Under the pieces are notes generated by a model that did no database searches, was not told the origin of the DNA, and saw nothing but the letters and a program-made list of their open reading frames with translations. Positions 14,815 to 17,708 of a stretch of 17,708 bases of DNA are shown piece after piece. The position numbers and the translations under genes are program-made. This DNA is from an archaeon (GTDB lineage Archaea > Methanobacteriota_B > Thermococci > Methanofastidiosales > NM3). How positions within the stretch are numbered: the first letter of the stretch is position 1; each line of letters starts with the position of its first letter. The stretch is taken from assembly GCA_004212155.1 (NCBI GenBank), contig RXIG01000005.1, positions 1 to 17,708 on the forward strand. Direction: 5' to 3'.

Positions 14815-17421
14815 ATGGGAAAGGACCACATAATCGTACGTGACCCTCTCAATGTGCTCAACGACGGCTCCAACATATACGTTGGACGAAAGCGTTCCGT
14901 CTTCGATAAGTACAAGGACAAGTCCGGCCTCTATATCGGCAAGGTCATCGAGAGTCAGAGCGTGGGCACGAACTGGTACAACAAACCCGTCCTTCTTGAT
15001 TCGATGTCGCCGCACGCCATCTTTATCTGTGGCATGCGCGGCTCGGGCAAGTCATACACCCTGGGCGTCATCGCTGAGGAGATGGCGACCAAGAACAAGG
15101 GAGCAGGTGTCATCGTCATCGATCCTATGGGCATTTTCTGGTCGATGAAGCAAAAGAACAAGATCGCACAGGAAAAGAGCTTCCTGCGCCGCTGGGGGCT
15201 TTCAGCCAAGGGATTTGACAACGTGTGCGTCTTCCTTCCAGAGGGACACGCAAACGATGCACCCTCTGACACGTTCGACCGCGTTTTTTCCATCCGCCCT
15301 TCAGAGGTCTCGATCGATGAGTGGTGCCTTACCTTCAACATCGACCGTTTCGAGACAATGGGCCTCCTGCTCGAGCGCGTCATCGACAGGGTGCGGCGCG
15401 GCTACATGACCGTTGACGAGATTGAGGTCGAATCGAAAGGCGATGATTACGACCTTGCTGACCTCATCGATTGCATCAACCTAGAGGACTCGATCAACTC
15501 CAACGAGCGGGGATTCAAACAGACGACGCGCCGTGCTCTGCTTGCCCGTCTTAATGGCGCTGACAAGTGGGGCATATTCTCAAAGGAGGGCACACAGCTC
15601 AAGGACCTCTCGCGTCGTGGGATCGTCTCGGTCGTCGATGTGTCGTTCCTTGACGATAACGTGCGCGCGCTCGTCGTTGGCATCCTTGCACGAAATCTGC
15701 TCAACACGCGCAAGGTCATCTCGCGTCACGAGGCTACGGGCAATCTGAAAAATATATTTGGTGCCATACCTGTGACGTGGCTCATGATCGATGAGGCACA
15801 CATCCTCGTTCCGGCCTCGGGCCAGAAGACGGCTGCCACCGACCCCATCATCGAGTACGTGCGTCAGGGCCGTCAACCGGGATGCTCTCTTGTGCTCGCC
15901 ACGCAGCAGCCAGCCGCCATCGACTCGCGCGTTCTCTCTCAGACCGACATCCTCTTTTGCCACAAGCTTGTCTATGACGACGATATCAAGGCGGTCACCC
16001 GGCGCATGCCTGCAGAAATGCCTGCAAAGTTCAAAGATGGCCATTTTATCAAGAACCTTCCCATAGGCGTCGCCATCGTGGGCGACAAGGAAGAGCAGTC
16101 TTCACGTTCGTTCCTTGCCCAGATCCGCCCCCGCATCTCACAGCACGAGGGCCGTGAGAGAACTTCATCGATCGACCTTGACCCCGATGTCGTCAGGGAG
16201 AATCTCAAGGAGCTCCTCGCGGAAAGATACGCCGATTCCGAGCCAGACGAGCTTGGCGAGCTCGTATCCTCCATTGAACAGGAGTACGACGTCTCGTTTA
16301 ACGTCGATGAGCTGCTCAACGAGCTCGCCCACGAGGGTGCCATCGACCGGGAGGTCACGGAGCTCCCCCCTGATGACCCAGACCTCGGCGAGCGCCATGT
16401 TGAACCTAGCGAGCACGACGCTTCTTTGTCTTCCTCTCCCGAACCGGTGTTGCCAAGCGAACGGGACGCCCCGGCCGATGTGGCCGACAGTGGTGGCGCC
16501 ACATCAGAGGTGCCTGCGGCACAGACCGATGACACATCTCTTGTCGAGTTTCCTATCGATCACGACCACCATGTCGACATCGAGCCAGCTGACACAACGT
16601 ACGCACAGGAGCCGCTCGCCCCCTCCGAATCATTCACGGAGGAAGACCGGTACCGTCGCGATGTCAACTACGAGAAGGTCATCATCGTACCTGAACGTAT
16701 CGATGCCGATGGCATTTCCTCCATGGCCAAGACGCACAAGAAGCGACGGCTCATTGGAAAACCCGACGAGATATCAAGCATGTACATGGTGTTCTATCCT
16801 CTATGGAAGGTCATGGTCGACGTTTTTCCGAAAAATGAACCCTATGTATCGCTGGCGCTCTACGTCGACGCCATAACGAATGAGCTCGTCGTCAACGATA
16901 GGAAGACGACGCGCACGCGCGGCATACGCGACCTTGTGTCCCTTCCCGCCGACGGACGTTCATTCCTCCGATACCTCATCAAACGTGAGAACCCCACCTA
17001 TGAGGAGATATCCCGCGAGCGTGACATCACTCGCAAGAAGACCGAGTCGAAGGTCGCATCACTCATTGACCGCGAGCTCGTCAAGCTCAAGAAGGTGGGC
17101 GACTCGTACGAGGTGCGGCCAGCAGACCATTTCTTCCTCATCGAGTCACCGCTCGACAAGCGACTGAAGAACGTGCAGTTCGATGTCATTGAGGACTATG
17201 TCGAGACCGATGCCATCGTCGAACCCGTTGTTCCAAAGAAGGATGCGCACGCTGCCGTCGAGCTCTTCCCCGACGTTCGTGTATGGGACCAGCACATCGT
17301 CTACTACCCGTATTGGGTCGTCACATACGAGAGCGGTTCATCTGTTCGTACCGAGATATTCGATGCCGTTACCGGCAAGCGTGATGCCGACGTGGGCAAC
17401 ATGCTCAGGGGCCGATTATGA
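14815..17421 (+). CDS. HerA/FtsK/VirB4-superfamily ATPase (DUF87-like) with an acidic linker and a C-terminal winged-helix flanked by two repeated modules
   Basis: PHAIFICGMRGSGKS (Walker A 15031-15054), IVIDPMG, Walker B WLMIDEAH, VRQGRQPG (Arg-finger region), LATQQP. Low-complexity D/E/P/S linker about 16350-16650, wHTH about 16942-17121. RBS AGGCGGT, 23 nt after the CPBP-like stop. Confidence 0.85.
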   Translation: MGKDHIIVRDPLNVLNDGSNIYVGRKRSVFDKYKDKSGLYIGKVIESQSVGTNWYNKPVLLDSMSPHAIFICGMRGSGKSYTLGVIAEEMATKNKGAGVIVIDPMGIFWSMKQKNKIAQEKSFLRRWGLSAKGFDNVCVFLPEGHANDAPSDTFDRVFSIRPSEVSIDEWCLTFNIDRFETMGLLLERVIDRVRRGYMTVDEIEVESKGDDYDLADLIDCINLEDSINSNERGFKQTTRRALLARLNGADKWGIFSKEGTQLKDLSRRGIVSVVDVSFLDDNVRALVVGILARNLLNTRKVISRHEATGNLKNIFGAIPVTWLMIDEAHILVPASGQKTAATDPIIEYVRQGRQPGCSLVLATQQPAAIDSRVLSQTDILFCHKLVYDDDIKAVTRRMPAEMPAKFKDGHFIKNLPIGVAIVGDKEEQSSRSFLAQIRPRISQHEGRERTSSIDLDPDVVRENLKELLAERYADSEPDELGELVSSIEQEYDVSFNVDELLNELAHEGAIDREVTELPPDDPDLGERHVEPSEHDASLSSSPEPVLPSERDAPADVADSGGATSEVPAAQTDDTSLVEFPIDHDHHVDIEPADTTYAQEPLAPSESFTEEDRYRRDVNYEKVIIVPERIDADGISSMAKTHKKRRLIGKPDEISSMYMVFYPLWKVMVDVFPKNEPYVSLALYVDAITNELVVNDRKTTRTRGIRDLVSLPADGRSFLRYLIKRENPTYEEISRERDITRKKTESKVASLIDRELVKLKKVGDSYEVRPADHFFLIESPLDKRLKNVQFDVIEDYVETDAIVEPVVPKKDAHAAVELFPDVRVWDQHIVYYPYWVVTYESGSSVRTEIFDAVTGKRDADVGNMLRGRL

Positions 17422-17598
17422 GCCGTACTGCATTGTTCGATGGTGTTCATTTTACTTAGTATGTTTTATCTACATATTTTTGTTATATATATTGAGATTT
17501 TTTATTATTTTTACATTATTTTGTTAAGAAACAAAAATATTGATTTTCAACTTCAGTTCTCCATTTTTTTTATTCCTTTTTTGCTCTATTCGCCGTTA

Positions 17599-17614
17599 CC
17601 GAAACCTTTTTATA
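17599..17614 (+). promoter_or_regulatory. Strong consensus archaeal BRE/TATA promoter
   Basis: CCGAAACCTTTTTATA preceded by a long AT-rich tract. Predicted start site about 17635-17637. Confidence 0.7.
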
Positions 17615-17634
17615 CCCAACTAGTTACCTCAATA

Positions 17635-17708
17635 GTGCACGAAATGTGCGAGTGTGCAATAATTTTACACACTGGCGCACCTATGTGTTATAGGTGCCGA
17701 CCCCGGCA
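17635..17708 (+). other. Structured 5' end of a downstream transcript (ncRNA, stable-RNA leader or structured 5'UTR), running off the window
   Basis: Three consecutive hairpins: GCAC-gaaat-GTGC (17637-17649), AGTGTG...CACACT (17651-17673), GCACCTAT-gtgtt-ATAGGTGC (17677-17697). Confidence 0.45.

Noticed and set aside
14815-17421. Calling the ATPase the canonical DNA-repair HerA or a known HerA defence system
   Set aside because: No nurA/mre11/rad50 or SIR2/DUF4297-type partner is adjacent, no clear HAS barrel is recognisable, and the long C-terminal extension is atypical.
17183-17527. 114-aa ORF with a hydrophobic tail overlapping the ATPase 3' end
   Set aside because: The N-terminal part is an off-frame shadow of the ATPase and the F/I/L/Y-rich tail is simply the translated T-rich tract.

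Overview
Gene-dense, moderately GC-rich prokaryotic chromosome segment. It is most likely archaeal: intergenic regions carry BRE/TATA-like boxes (GAAA(A)CCTTTT(T)AT), ribosome-binding sites read GGAGGTG/GGTGA, several genes look leaderless, and there is a 'xACIG' lipobox. From left to right: (1) a dppABCDF/oppABCDF peptide ABC transporter operon whose dppA runs off the left edge; (2) a PadR-family regulator divergent from a split pair of DUF318/ArsP-like permeases, the second fused to an RnfB/AcsC-type 4Fe-4S domain, with three perfect ATTAC-N5-GTAAT boxes between them; (3) a truncated DUF262 (GmrSD-type) gene, a HAD hydrolase and a secreted PQQ-like beta-propeller; (4) sucCD; (5) an NTF2-like lipoprotein, a DUF1638 protein and an HPr-kinase-like P-loop protein; (6) a two-gene unit of a catalytically degenerate CPBP/Abi membrane protein plus an 868-aa HerA/FtsK-superfamily ATPase with an acidic linker and a winged-helix flanked by two repeated modules; (7) an AT-rich spacer and a strong promoter followed by three hairpins at the right edge. 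I saw no tRNA, rRNA, CRISPR array or transposase. The best candidates for an undescribed system are the pseudo-CPBP + HerA-like ATPase unit and the PadR/Fe-S-permease module. All family assignments come from motif recognition by eye, not from database searches.
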